Below are positions 19,545 through 29,930 of a stretch of 64,000 nucleotides of DNA, piece by piece. A program made the translations under genes and the position numbers. This stretch comes from an uncultured Acidobacteriota bacterium. Its GTDB lineage: Bacteria; Acidobacteriota; UBA6911. The notes below the pieces were generated by a model, which made no database searches, had not been told where the DNA came from, and saw only the letters and a program-made list of their open reading frames with translations. Numbering within the stretch: the first letter of the stretch is position 1; each line of letters opens with the position of its first letter. The stretch is taken from contig CAWEJX010000021.1 in the NCBI GenBank assembly GCA_963809485.1, positions 64,001 through 128,000 of the forward strand, read 5' to 3'.

Positions 19545-21566
19545 ATGTATCTTCTGCGACTGATTTCAATAGCGGCGCTCCTTCCGCTGGCGGCATGCGC
19601 CCAAACCGCGTCCCAGACCGGCATCCAGTCGGCAGACATCAACCGAAGCGTCAGTCCGTGTGTCGACTTCTATGATTATGCGAACGGGGCCTGGCGCGAG
19701 CAAAATCCCATTCCGGCCTCCATGGACCGGTGGAGCCGCCGCTGGCAGGCCGGGGAGAACAACAAGGAACAGCTCAGAACCATTCTCGAGGAGGTATCGC
19801 AAAAAACCGGCTGGCCCGCAGGCAGCATCGAGCAGCTGATCGGAGACCATTACGCCTCGTGCATGAGCGAAACTCGCATCAATGAATTGGGCATCAAGCC
19901 TCTCGAGCCGATGCTGCGCCGGATTGACGCAATCCGGAGCTTTGCCGATGTGCAGCGCGTCATCGGCGAGCTGCATGCGATGGGCGTGTTCGTCCCCTTC
20001 GGGCTGTTCGGCCAGTCCGATAATCACAATCCCGGCGAGGTGATCGCCTATGTGTCCGCAGGCGGGCTCGGGTTGCCGGACCGTGACTACTATCTGAAAC
20101 CGGAGCCGCGTTTTCGGGAGGCACGGGAGCGCTATGTCCACCACGTCGGCCGCATGTTCATGCTGGCAGGATCCGCGGCAGCGCAGGCAAAAGCAGCCGC
20201 GGACACCGTGTTCGCGGTCGAGAAAGGCCTCGCTCAGGCGTCTCTCGACAACGTTGCCCTGCGCGATCCCCAGGCCACCGACCACAAAACCAGCTTCGAC
20301 AGCCTGAGGAAAATGACGCCGGCGTTCGATTGGGACGCCTACTTCTCCGGAGCGCAGCTTCCCAAGGCGGACCTCAACGTGGATCAGCCCAAATTCATGG
20401 CCGAACTCCAGCGTCAGTTCGCGAAAACACCTCCGGCCCATTGGAAGGTATATCTGAAATGGCATCTGCTGGCTGCGGCCGCGCCCTGGCTTTCGCAGCC
20501 GTTCGTCGACGAGTCGTTCGATTTCAACGACAGGTATCTGAAGGGCCTCCAGGAGAAAAAACCGAGGTGGAAACGGTGCGTCGAGAACACCGACGAACTG
20601 CTCGGCGAGGCGCTCGGCCCGAAGTACGTCGAACGCTATTTCCCGCCGGCGGCGAAAGCCCGGGCCCAGGAAATGGCGCAAAACCTTCTGGCGGCGATGA
20701 AAGACACCATCAACGGGCTCGCATGGATGAGCCCGGCCACCAAACAGAAAGCTCTGGAGAAGCTGGCTACGTTCAATCCCAAGATCGGCTATCCCGACAA
20801 ATGGAAGGATTACGGCAAGGTCAGGATCACGCGCGCGTCGTTTTGGGATAACTTCATTGAAGGCAACCGGTTTAATATCGAGGACAACCATTCGCAGATC
20901 GGCAAGCCGGTTGACCGCGGCCGCTGGGACATGACGCCGCCCACCTCGAATGCATACTACAATCCGCTGTTGAATGAGATCGTGTTTCCCGCGGGAATAC
21001 TTCAGCCGCCGGCCTTCGACATCAATGCGGCCGACGCGGTGAATTACGGCGCCATCGGCGTGGTGATCGGCCACGAGATCAGCCACGGTTTCGACGATCA
21101 GGGCGCCCAATACGACGCCCAGGGGCGCCTGGAGAACTGGTGGACCGCCGAAGACCTGAAAAATTTCCGGGCGCGCGGCGAGTGCGTGGCGGACCAGTTC
21201 GAAAATTATTACATTGAGCCCGGCATCCATCACAACGGCAAGCTGGTGCTGGGCGAAGCCATCGGCGATCTGGCCGGCGTTAAAATTGCGTCCCTGGCAT
21301 TTCAGAAAGCCCGTCAAAAGAGTCCGGCGCCCGACCTTGACGGCTTCAACCCGATGCAGCAGTTCTACATCGCCTGGGGACAGTTCCGCGGCGACGCGAC
21401 CCGTCCCGAGACCCAGAGGTTGATGGTGCAGGGCGATCCCCACCCGGTGGCCAAGTACCGGGTTATTGGGCCCGTTTCGAATCTGCCGCAATTCCAGGAA
21501 GCATTTCAGTGCAGGGACGTCGCTCCCATGGTGCGCCCTCCTGCAAAGCGCTGCGAAGTGTGGTGA
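19545..21566 (+). CDS. M13 family (neprilysin/PepO-like) metallopeptidase, exported
   Basis: PCVDFYDYANG, NAYY, FPAGIL, GHEISHGFD (HExxH), GEAIGD, DPH. Signal peptide. Confidence 0.95.
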   Translation: MYLLRLISIAALLPLAACAQTASQTGIQSADINRSVSPCVDFYDYANGAWREQNPIPASMDRWSRRWQAGENNKEQLRTILEEVSQKTGWPAGSIEQLIGDHYASCMSETRINELGIKPLEPMLRRIDAIRSFADVQRVIGELHAMGVFVPFGLFGQSDNHNPGEVIAYVSAGGLGLPDRDYYLKPEPRFREARERYVHHVGRMFMLAGSAAAQAKAAADTVFAVEKGLAQASLDNVALRDPQATDHKTSFDSLRKMTPAFDWDAYFSGAQLPKADLNVDQPKFMAELQRQFAKTPPAHWKVYLKWHLLAAAAPWLSQPFVDESFDFNDRYLKGLQEKKPRWKRCVENTDELLGEALGPKYVERYFPPAAKARAQEMAQNLLAAMKDTINGLAWMSPATKQKALEKLATFNPKIGYPDKWKDYGKVRITRASFWDNFIEGNRFNIEDNHSQIGKPVDRGRWDMTPPTSNAYYNPLLNEIVFPAGILQPPAFDINAADAVNYGAIGVVIGHEISHGFDDQGAQYDAQGRLENWWTAEDLKNFRARGECVADQFENYYIEPGIHHNGKLVLGEAIGDLAGVKIASLAFQKARQKSPAPDLDGFNPMQQFYIAWGQFRGDATRPETQRLMVQGDPHPVAKYRVIGPVSNLPQFQEAFQCRDVAPMVRPPAKRCEVW

Positions 21567-21595
21567 AAAGCCTGGAAGCAAAGGGGAATCGAGAA

Positions 21596-22534
21596 ATGTC
21601 TTTACCCTCACTAACCGTGGTTCTGGTGACTCAGAATGCGCAGAATAGAATTCCGCGGGTGCTGGACGCCCTGGCCAAACAAACCGTTGCCGCCGAATTG
21701 GAAGTCTTCATTGTGTACATTGCTCCGGCACACCCGGCGCCTGTATCGCCCGACGGGCTTCGTGTCATCCCGGTCGATCAAAGCAACATCATCAATATGG
21801 GGCAGGCCCGCGCCGAGGCAGTACGACGCGCCAACGCCCTCTGGATTGCGTTCCTCGAGGACCACACCCTCCCAAGCCCCGGCTGGGCGCAAGCGGTTTG
21901 CGAAGCCTTCCGCGAAGATCCGGAAGCCGATGCCATCTCCTACTCTTTTACCAACGGCAGCCCGGATACATATTTCTACCGATCGGTCTTCATGGCGGAG
22001 TATGGCGCCCTCGCCCATCCGTTGCGCGAAGGGATGGCGCCGGCCATGGCCGCAAATAATGTTGCCTACCGCCGCGATACGCTGCGGAAGATGAGCGATG
22101 ATCTCGATTCCCTGCTCGAGATCGACTACTTTCTGCAAAAAGCACTGGGCAGCGGCTTCCGCACTGCGACCGCGCCGCGCGCGCTCCTCGCGCACCAGAC
22201 GAACAGGCATGCGGGAGATCTGCTGCGAGGCCATTTTATCTATGCGCAGCTTTTTGCGCTCCGGCGCCTGCAGTTTGAAAACTGGAGTCTTCCCAAAAGG
22301 CTCGCGGGTGCAGCCGCGGTGCCGGTCCTTGTGCCGCTGCTGAGAATCAAAAGGCTCTTTCAGGCAGTTTCCGGAGGGCCGAATGTCTCCCGCACGATGG
22401 CAGGGCTGCCCGTAATCCTGCTCCTCTACTGTGCCGGCGCGCTTGGCGAGGCATGGGGTTTGCTGCATCGACAGGCGGATCCCGAAAAGCGGCTCATTTG
22501 GCTGGAACTGGCATCGGAGAGAATTTCGGGATGA
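21596..22534 (+). CDS. Glycosyltransferase family 2
   Basis: LTVVLVT, IAFLEDH (DxD variant), NVAYRR, C-terminal hydrophobic helices. Confidence 0.85.
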   Translation: MSLPSLTVVLVTQNAQNRIPRVLDALAKQTVAAELEVFIVYIAPAHPAPVSPDGLRVIPVDQSNIINMGQARAEAVRRANALWIAFLEDHTLPSPGWAQAVCEAFREDPEADAISYSFTNGSPDTYFYRSVFMAEYGALAHPLREGMAPAMAANNVAYRRDTLRKMSDDLDSLLEIDYFLQKALGSGFRTATAPRALLAHQTNRHAGDLLRGHFIYAQLFALRRLQFENWSLPKRLAGAAAVPVLVPLLRIKRLFQAVSGGPNVSRTMAGLPVILLLYCAGALGEAWGLLHRQADPEKRLIWLELASERISG

Positions 22535-23445
22535 TTGAGCCTCAGAGTCCTTTTGTATCAGTCATAATCCCGGGCTACTATTCCGCAGGTACGCTGGCCG
22601 AATGTCTGGACGCACTGCGCGGACAGATCTATCGCAGGTTTGAGGTTATCCTGATCAACTCTTCTCAGGAGACCGGCACGCAGGCCCTGGTTTGCGCACG
22701 CTATCCCGAGGTGCTTTTTGTGCAGCAGCCGCAGCGCCTGCTCCCGCATGCGGCGCGCAACCGCGGCGCGGCCCTTGCCCGCGGCGATCTGCTTGTGTTT
22801 ACCGATCCGGATTGCAGCGCAGATCCGCATTGGCTCGAGCGCCTGGTTCTGGCCTTTTCCGAAAACCGGCAAGCGCTGGTTGGGGCAATGGATATTGCCC
22901 GCCCTGATCTTTGGGAGAAGGCCATTCACCTAGTGAAATTTCACTGGTTGTTGCCGAGTCTGGATGCCCGGGTCAAATCGTGCGCGCCGACATCGAATGC
23001 CGCTTACGGCCGTCGGCTTTGGGAAAAAATAGGGCCCTTCCCAGGCGAATATTTTGCCGGCGACGGAATCCTGAGCTATCGCGCGGCGATGGCCGGCCAT
23101 GCGCCGCGGTTCGTTCCTTCCGCCATCGTCCGGCACCGGCACCTAAATTCGGCAATGGAGCTGGCTCGACAGCGATTCTCGCGCGGCCGTGATTTTGCCC
23201 GTGCCCAGCAGCGCGAAATGGCGCCGCCCGGATTATACGACTGGATGCGCCTGATTTTCAGCTGGGCTTCTCTCCCGATTTTGATGGCGCGCGCCGCAGG
23301 CGACGCCTGCCGCAGCGGATGGGCGCGGCCGTTTCTGTTGACGCTTCCCGTTCAGGTAATGGGCCACGGCATGTGGGCGCTGGGAGAAAGCTGCGGCGCT
23401 TTGGCAGCAGCATTCACACGAATTTTGTCATCCGGTGAAAAATGA
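22531..23445 (+). CDS. Glycosyltransferase family 2
   Basis: VSVIIP, AARNRGA, FTDPDC. ATGA overlap with upstream gene. Confidence 0.9.
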   Translation: MIEPQSPFVSVIIPGYYSAGTLAECLDALRGQIYRRFEVILINSSQETGTQALVCARYPEVLFVQQPQRLLPHAARNRGAALARGDLLVFTDPDCSADPHWLERLVLAFSENRQALVGAMDIARPDLWEKAIHLVKFHWLLPSLDARVKSCAPTSNAAYGRRLWEKIGPFPGEYFAGDGILSYRAAMAGHAPRFVPSAIVRHRHLNSAMELARQRFSRGRDFARAQQREMAPPGLYDWMRLIFSWASLPILMARAAGDACRSGWARPFLLTLPVQVMGHGMWALGESCGALAAAFTRILSSGEK

Positions 23446-24686
23446 AGATATGCATGATCACAAGTTTTTTTGGTCGGCATAGCTTCGGCGGCGATTCGGT
23501 TTATATCGAACGGCTGAGCCGGGCGCTTTTACGCCGCGGCCATGAAGTGCGAGTCGTTTACAGTTCCGGCGCTTTCGAACTCGCGCGGGGTTCCCAGCCT
23601 CAGCGCAACTATGAGGCTCCGCCGGAACTCTTCATTCATGACATCGGGGCCGGGATCAGGGGCAAAATTGCCGCTTTATGGAATCATCAGACCGGCGGTT
23701 CGGGCTTGAGACTGCAGCCTCTGGGGGCCTGGCTGGAAAACCACTCATTCGACTTGATCCACCTGCACAATGTATCCCTGCTCGGAGGCAGGGCTTTGCC
23801 ATCTATGCTGAAGCGGCAGGCGCAGGCGGTAAAATTCGTGACCGCACACGATTATTGGTGGATCTGCCCGCAGAACCTTTTATGGAAATATGGCCGCAGG
23901 GTTTGTGATGCCTGCGCCTGCAAATCCTGCGCTCTGATTTCCCGCCGCCCTCCTCAGCTGTGGCGCCGCCGGGAGTGGTTTAACCGGGCCCTGTCTCTCA
24001 CCGACGCGGTTCTGTTCCCCAGCCGGCTTGCGATGGAGCTTTACCGAAGCCGCGGCCTCAGGCACCCGACACAGTATGTCCTGCCGGGGCTCCTGGCGAA
24101 CGACTGGAGGGCGGCTCCTCATCCGGACGATGCGTCCACAGGCGGTCCAGACCGCCCGTATTTTACATGCGCCGGGCGCCTGGTCATGGAGAAAGGATTC
24201 CAGACCCTCATTCCCCTAATGCAGCAATTCCCGGATATGGATTTGCGCATTGCCGGAAGCGGACCGGCGGAGCGTGTACTGAAGCGGCTTGCGCGCTCCC
24301 TGCCCAATGTAAAATTCGAGGGTTTGCTGAACCATGATCAGCTTCGTCTGCTGTTTCTTCACGCCCGGGCCATCCTGGTGCCTTCACTGTTCCCCGAGAC
24401 CTTCGGCCTGGTTGCCGCCGAGGCAATGAGTCTTGGCATTCCGGTGATCGCCCGAAACCGAGGTGCGCTGCCGGAACTCATTGCCGCTGCCTCGGGCGGA
24501 TGGCTGTTCGACGGAGAGGATCAGCTTGGAGAACGGATGCGGCGCATTGCATCCGGCGGGGACTTCGCCGGCAGGCCAAGCCGGTTGGGATCTGCTCAAA
24601 TACCATGCGTGTGGTTTGAAGAAGATCATACGGAAGCGTATCTCAGGCTATATGCGACGCTTCGCGGGGAGGCTGCAACGGCATGA
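23442..24686 (+). CDS. Glycosyltransferase family 4 with Cys-rich insert
   Basis: MKICMIT, HDYWWICP...CDACACKSC, GRLVMEKG, PETFGLVAAEAM. Confidence 0.92.
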   Translation: MKICMITSFFGRHSFGGDSVYIERLSRALLRRGHEVRVVYSSGAFELARGSQPQRNYEAPPELFIHDIGAGIRGKIAALWNHQTGGSGLRLQPLGAWLENHSFDLIHLHNVSLLGGRALPSMLKRQAQAVKFVTAHDYWWICPQNLLWKYGRRVCDACACKSCALISRRPPQLWRRREWFNRALSLTDAVLFPSRLAMELYRSRGLRHPTQYVLPGLLANDWRAAPHPDDASTGGPDRPYFTCAGRLVMEKGFQTLIPLMQQFPDMDLRIAGSGPAERVLKRLARSLPNVKFEGLLNHDQLRLLFLHARAILVPSLFPETFGLVAAEAMSLGIPVIARNRGALPELIAAASGGWLFDGEDQLGERMRRIASGGDFAGRPSRLGSAQIPCVWFEEDHTEAYLRLYATLRGEAATA

Positions 24687-25597
24687 GCTTACGCGCCATC
24701 TATCTCAAGGCGCTTGGACGGATGCCGGTGCTGTGGCGCCGCCGGCTGGAGATGTTGCCGCTGCACGTTTTTCGGTCCCAGCATGAGCGTGAATGCCGCC
24801 GTGCGTGGCGTTCGGGGCCTCCCTATCGCCCATCTCACAAGCGGATCCTGATTGACATTACTTTCGACTGCAACCTGGGATGTGTGGACTGCAACCGCTC
24901 CGCCGGCCACAGCCAGGCGCCATCCCCCGATTACATGACGACGGACCAGATACACAGATTTGTGGCCGAAAGCCTGGCGCAGAACCGCCAATGGGAAGCA
25001 ATTCAGATCGAAGGAGGAGAACCGACGCTCCATCCGCAGTTCGAAGAGATCATAGAAATTCTGGACCAATACCGGCGCCGGCATCTGGCCTCGGCGTGGA
25101 TTCAAATCAATACCAACGGCTATCCAGGTCCCCGGCAAGGTCTGCTTTCACGCCTGCCGCCCGGAATCGATGTTTACTCCTCGAATAAGAAGGGGCCGCT
25201 GCAGGCGCTGCACTGCGCATTCAACGTTGCGCCCATAGATCTGCCGGAATATTCCGGAATGGACTACTCAGAGGGATGCTTCCAGCCGGCCCAATACGGG
25301 CTGGGTCTGAACCGATACGGATATTACCCGCATCCGGCATGCGGCTGCATCGACCGCGTATTCGGTTTCGACATAGGGCGCAAAACACTCCCTTCGGTTC
25401 GGGATGATCTGCGCGATCAGTTCGCGCGGCTGTGCGGCTATTGCGGCTGTTTCCGCCGTTTCAGCCGCCGGGTCCGGCATGAATATGATCTGCATCCAAC
25501 GTCCGCGGAAATCGCATTTCGCGGGCAAATTTCCGACAGCTGGCGCGATGCGTACCGCCGCTACCGGGAGTTCCCGCCCCATCTCAGTTTGTATTGA
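24683..25597 (+). CDS. Radical SAM protein
   Basis: CNLGCVDC (CxxxCxxC), GGEPTLHP, TNG, C-terminal Cys cluster ACGC...LCGYCGC. Confidence 0.9.
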   Translation: MSLRAIYLKALGRMPVLWRRRLEMLPLHVFRSQHERECRRAWRSGPPYRPSHKRILIDITFDCNLGCVDCNRSAGHSQAPSPDYMTTDQIHRFVAESLAQNRQWEAIQIEGGEPTLHPQFEEIIEILDQYRRRHLASAWIQINTNGYPGPRQGLLSRLPPGIDVYSSNKKGPLQALHCAFNVAPIDLPEYSGMDYSEGCFQPAQYGLGLNRYGYYPHPACGCIDRVFGFDIGRKTLPSVRDDLRDQFARLCGYCGCFRRFSRRVRHEYDLHPTSAEIAFRGQISDSWRDAYRRYREFPPHLSLY

Positions 25598-25732
25598 TTT
25601 TTCCGTATCCGCTGCGTCGCGATCATCCGTGCGAGGCTGTTCTGCCGATATGGGCAAAAGAGTCGCGGGCAGCCGGCTTGGATAAATTGCACCCGTGATA
25701 TATTGGACTCCAAGCCCTCCTAAGGAACCTGA

Positions 25733-25990
25733 ATGGGGATGGAATTTTTGGGCGACAAAAATAGATTCTGCAAATGGTATTTGAAGCGCATCACGGTAAT
25801 TCTGGCTTTGTTTTTTGTGCTGGGACCCGTAGGGCTGCCGCTGCTTTACCGCAGCCCCCATTTTGGCAAGGCATCCAAAATAATCCTGACCGTTGCTGTA
25901 GTTGTTTATACAGCCTATCTTACCTACGCATCATGGGAGTTGATACGGTTGCTTTGGGACATAATCGGAACCCTGCAGCAACAGCCCTAA
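25733..25990 (+). CDS. Small membrane protein
   Basis: KWY...LFFVLGPVGLPLLYRSPHF, two TM segments. Confidence 0.7.
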   Translation: MGMEFLGDKNRFCKWYLKRITVILALFFVLGPVGLPLLYRSPHFGKASKIILTVAVVVYTAYLTYASWELIRLLWDIIGTLQQQP

Positions 25991-26039
25991 CCCAATGGGG
26001 GATCCACCGGCCGTGCCGGTGAAGCAGTATCAGTTTGAC

Positions 26040-26258
26040 AGTCAGGCACCTCCGGCAAAGCCGGAGGCTTGAACGATTGGAACCGCTCAAAGCGGTTGGA
26101 GGAGTTACGCTGGTCTTGAACGCTGACCTGGGCGGGCAAAAGCCGACTCTCGCCGAACAAATTGGTGTTTGTCAGCGCTTTTGTCAGCGTATCTCAGCGT
26201 TTCAAAATACGGAGCTGTCAAACTCTATGAGTCCCCGGGCAGAGCCGGGTTTACCAAT
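26040..26258 (-). mobile_element. IS200/IS605-derived element, copy 3
   Basis: CCTCCGGCAAAGCCGGAGG ... CCCGGGCAGAGCCGGGTTTACCAAT. Confidence 0.8.
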
Positions 26259-26265
26259 AGAATTT

Positions 26266-26383
26266 CCGGAGCATGCCTTTTCCCCGGCAACCAAACCTGA
26301 ATACCGAATTTCGAATGTCGAACCGCAGAAGTTTAGGCCGGCCTTCGAAATTCATCATTTGTTATTCAATATTGTGCGGTTCC
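26266..26383. repeat. Heptamer-based dispersed repeat (GAATACC-GAATTTC-GAATGTC-GAACCGC)
   Basis: Inverse copies at about 32792-32830 and 49576-49670. Confidence 0.6.
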
Positions 26384-26598
26384 AATAGCTTTAAATATAT
26401 CTATAGCCCATGAAACTTATTTAATTTCACATCGGTTGCAGTCAAACCCCTTTGAGGGGCCAGCAGGCATAAAGCCTCCGTCTCTGCCGAGCGATATTTG
26501 CTCCGAAAACGGGTCGCACCGGGAGCGGCCGCCTGTCCTTTCAGTCCCTGAATAGCTCTTGACCCAATACCTTATTATCCATTATACTATGCATTACC

Positions 26599-27003
26599 AT
26601 GTACCGAAACGAGGAAGTGGAGAATAAGGTTACTCAGCTGCGCAAAGGAATCCTGGAACTGGCGATTCTTTCGGCGCTCTATCGGGATACTCATTACGGG
26701 TACTCGCTGGTGCGCAAGATGACTGAAGCCGGGACGCTCGAGATGAAGGAAGGAACCATATATCCAATTCTCTCCCGCCTGGCCAAAGAAGGACTGGTAC
26801 GCACCGAATGGGTGGAATCCAGGCAAGGCCCCCCGCGCAAATACTATTCTCTGACGGCAGCCGGCCGGGTCATGTGCGAAGGGCTTGCGGACGAATTCAG
26901 CCGCCTTGTGAAACTGGTACGGGCGGCAGGCCATGATAGGAGCTTTGAATCTGAACACGCATCCGACAAGAAAAACATAAATCCGAGGCAAGACAATGAG
27001 TGA
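26599..27003 (+). CDS. PadR family transcriptional regulator
   Basis: QLRKGILELAIL, YGY, EGTIYPILSRL, GPPRKYYSLT. TTGACC/TATACT promoter just upstream. Confidence 0.92.
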   Translation: MYRNEEVENKVTQLRKGILELAILSALYRDTHYGYSLVRKMTEAGTLEMKEGTIYPILSRLAKEGLVRTEWVESRQGPPRKYYSLTAAGRVMCEGLADEFSRLVKLVRAAGHDRSFESEHASDKKNINPRQDNE

Positions 27004-27727
27004 CGAACTGCCGCCAACCGCAGCAAAAATTGCGGAGGATTATCTGGATCGCCTATCGGGCCGTTTGAGGGGCATGCCCCTGAATGACCGGCGCGAATTG
27101 CTGGATGAGATCCGATCGCATATCTACGATTCCTACATGAACGAAGGCGCAGGCGATGAAGTTGAGCGTATTCTCAGCGTCCTGAGGAGGTTTGGCGATC
27201 CGGCCGACATTCTTTCCAGCCGGATGCCGCAGGCAGTCGGGCGCCTGGGCAAAGGCAAAAAGGCGCCGCTGTATATCCTGGCCGGATTTCTGATAGCGCT
27301 GTTCGGAGTTCCTCTGGGGCTGGGGGCCATCGCGCTGCTGATGGGATTAATGACCGCCCTTCTGGCACTGTTGATAGCATTCTACGGGGCCGGGGTATCG
27401 CTGGTGGTCAGCGGATTCTTCGCATTTGTGATCTGTCTCATCGCCGCCACATCGCCGGAGCTTTTAACCCTCATCAACAATGTTGCGGGTACGGAGATCG
27501 TAAGTTTCGGGCCATTTGCGCATGATCCGCAATTGGCCGGTATTCTGGGCCTGATAGCTTCCCTGCTTGTGGTAGGGCTGGGATTGCTGATGCTATGGTC
27601 GGGGAAATATATCTGGCGCGGATTCCGCTTTGTCGGCCTTCTCATCCTCCAGAACATAAAAAAAGCATTCGAGCGCCTGGTCCAATCAAGACCGAAGCAT
27701 GCCGGAATGAACTCCGGGCTCCCCTGA
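26996..27727 (+). CDS. DUF1700/HAAS-domain membrane protein
   Basis: YLDRL...RRELLDEIRSHI...FGDP followed by TM helices. Typical PadR partner. Confidence 0.85.
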   Translation: MSDELPPTAAKIAEDYLDRLSGRLRGMPLNDRRELLDEIRSHIYDSYMNEGAGDEVERILSVLRRFGDPADILSSRMPQAVGRLGKGKKAPLYILAGFLIALFGVPLGLGAIALLMGLMTALLALLIAFYGAGVSLVVSGFFAFVICLIAATSPELLTLINNVAGTEIVSFGPFAHDPQLAGILGLIASLLVVGLGLLMLWSGKYIWRGFRFVGLLILQNIKKAFERLVQSRPKHAGMNSGLP

Positions 27728-27768
27728 CTTGATTTCGCGATCAGCGAATATCCGGTTATAGCTTAATC

Positions 27769-27794
27769 GGACGGGTCTGGAGACCCGTCCTCAC
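27769..27794. repeat. REP-like hairpin between convergent genes
   Basis: GGACGGGTC-TGGA-GACCCGTCC-TCAC. Confidence 0.55.
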
Positions 27795-27937
27795 GAAAAT
27801 AAACTCAACTCCGGATTGCGCGGCTTCACGATACGCTGCCATCAACAAGATCTGCTCGTCGAGGAAAGCCGCCGGGATGCCGAGCCAATCCATCGGGTTT
27901 GCCTTTTCGGCAACCCGTTCCGGAAAACGGACCGGAT

Positions 27938-28717
27938 TTATTGCTTCTTCTTCCCTTTCGGCGGTTCGCTGTACGGTTGGTAGCTCGCGTCCGCCCGATC
28001 GATGTCCTCCTTCGATAGTTCGTGCGCCGAATCAAGAAAATCACTCAGCCGCGCGGCCCAGCCGTCAAAGGCTTCCTTCGCCGCAGCAGATTTTTCCTCA
28101 CGGGAGAAATTCTCCGATCCCACCACCGCGCCCGCGCCCAGGTTGTGCTGGTCTACCGCCGCAGCGATTTGTTCGCCTGTTACCGAATCTACCATCTCCA
28201 TTTCAACACCCACTTTGCCTATATCGACTGCGCGCTCAAGCGCATCGCCTCCGGCATTGCCGCCGGCTGTTTCGCCGGCCACATCGACACCAATGAGCGC
28301 TGTGCGCAGCCGCAGAACCAGCGGTCCTGGTTCCTGAACGACCGGGAAACGATCGCTGATCACCTTGGTAATGGCATGTTGAAAGTATGCAGCGACTGCC
28401 TTGCGTCCCCGGTCCGGCATCTTGGAGGGATCGGCGTTCGAGGCAAGGTAGAGTTCCACGGGTTCGATAATCACCGCGAAATACTGGTGAATATTCTGCG
28501 TATCATCCTGTTTCACGTACGACAGAGTATTTTCAAAAGCCGGATTCGGCTTGAGATTATCGTAATTGCTCAGGAATCCTGCGAACTTCGCGCCCGGCTC
28601 AAGCTTCTTCACCGCTGCCGGCTCCGGCTTCCTGGCACACCCTGCGATCATTCCCAAAAGCAGCAGGATCAGGCTTCCCAGCACGAGGCTTTCGATCTTG
28701 GTTCGCTTTTTTAGCAT
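27938..28717 (-). CDS. DUF3313 family lipoprotein
   Basis: Lipobox IAGC, FAGFLSNY, GPLVLRLRTAL, EMVDSVTGEQIAA. Confidence 0.82.
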   Translation of the reverse strand: MLKKRTKIESLVLGSLILLLLGMIAGCARKPEPAAVKKLEPGAKFAGFLSNYDNLKPNPAFENTLSYVKQDDTQNIHQYFAVIIEPVELYLASNADPSKMPDRGRKAVAAYFQHAITKVISDRFPVVQEPGPLVLRLRTALIGVDVAGETAGGNAGGDALERAVDIGKVGVEMEMVDSVTGEQIAAAVDQHNLGAGAVVGSENFSREEKSAAAKEAFDGWAARLSDFLDSAHELSKEDIDRADASYQPYSEPPKGKKKQ

Positions 28718-28774
28718 GATACCTCCTAAATAATAACCTTAACACCCGAATGCATCAGGCTTGGCGGATTCAGC

Positions 28775-29617
28775 CTATTTCTCAGTCGAGCTTTGCACAC
28801 GCAAAAGATTGATGACCTTGAATACGCCTCGCACGGAATTGGTTTGGATATAGGCCATGTCGGAATCAGCCTTGTTTATCACCGTGCCCAGCAGGACCAC
28901 CTGGCCATTTTTCACAATAATTCTTATATCCGAACCTGTTCTCCAAAAATATTTGGAAAGTTGTCGCTGCAAGGCTGCCCTGGTTGCCGCGCGGATTTCC
29001 ATGTCAAATCGGCCCACGGGCAGCACCTCGACGTTGTTGATGACCGTTTCCACACCGGGGACGCGTTTCACCATGTTGTAGGCATCGTTTCGATTGCTTG
29101 GCCTCACGGTCCAGCCGGTCAGAATCACATCAACTCCCGATAGGCTGAAAGAGACGAAATCGTAGGTGGTGATATAGGGCATCATCGCCAATTCGTGGCG
29201 GACCTTTTCCCAGGTTTGGGGGTCCGCCTTTGTCCGGCTGTCCTCATCCAGCAGCCTGCGGTCCGGATCACCCGCCGGAATGGAAGCAGCCTCTATCGCT
29301 TTTACGTTTTCGAGCTTCATGCTTCCAGACTTGGCCTTAATCTCCCCCGACGCCTCAGCAAGTTGGCCCACAAGCGGTCTGAGCAGTTTCTGCTTGTTCA
29401 CTCCAAAGACCATATTGTTATTCAGCTGGACCAGGACCAAATCAGCATCTTCCTTGCTTGTGCGTTGACTGCATTCGATGCGGGAGGGCGTGATGGAACC
29501 GATCATGAGACGAGCGCACGGGTCCGTATCCACGTATGCCCGGAAGGTCGATATCTCCTCCGCCCAGACTACACATTGACACCAAAAGACAACTGTCATT
29601 ATCAGCGCAATTTTCAT
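28775..29617 (-). CDS. Exported BON domain protein
   Basis: Signal peptide, VRHELAMMPY, VILTG...GVETVINNVEV, IIVKNGQVVLLG...GVFKVINLL. Confidence 0.85.
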   Translation of the reverse strand: MKIALIMTVVFWCQCVVWAEEISTFRAYVDTDPCARLMIGSITPSRIECSQRTSKEDADLVLVQLNNNMVFGVNKQKLLRPLVGQLAEASGEIKAKSGSMKLENVKAIEAASIPAGDPDRRLLDEDSRTKADPQTWEKVRHELAMMPYITTYDFVSFSLSGVDVILTGWTVRPSNRNDAYNMVKRVPGVETVINNVEVLPVGRFDMEIRAATRAALQRQLSKYFWRTGSDIRIIVKNGQVVLLGTVINKADSDMAYIQTNSVRGVFKVINLLRVQSSTEK

Positions 29618-29930
29618 TGTCAGCTCTCCTTTTGCGGTTCGCCTCTCAGCGGAGTGTCCCAACGGCATCCAATGCGGCCGGCCACTTACGGCTAGAGAAC
29701 AAAGAATGCGATCCGCATGATCTCTTCAGCGTTCAATGTCGCACTTCAGTGGTTCAAACGCCTATTTCCACACGTTACATCATCAGTAGAATCGAAAAGA
29801 AGCTGTAAGAATTGACAGGCCCCTCGAATAAGGGGATGGGCCGAGCACTCCCCCGATTTTATGTGCCTGGAATAATGCCAATCCGCCAGAAAAACCGGGA
29901 ATTACGTGGCCTGGGCCCCTATTTTCTTCA

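Noticed and set aside
19566-21611. 681-aa minus-strand ORF and other long antisense ORFs (14739, 49635, 51393, 56983)
   Set aside because: Shadows of high-GC genes whose family motifs are clear on the opposite strand.
24683-25597. RiPP maturase interpretation with the M13 peptidase as protease
   Set aside because: No precursor peptide or RRE/PqqD domain seen. The context is glycosyltransferases.
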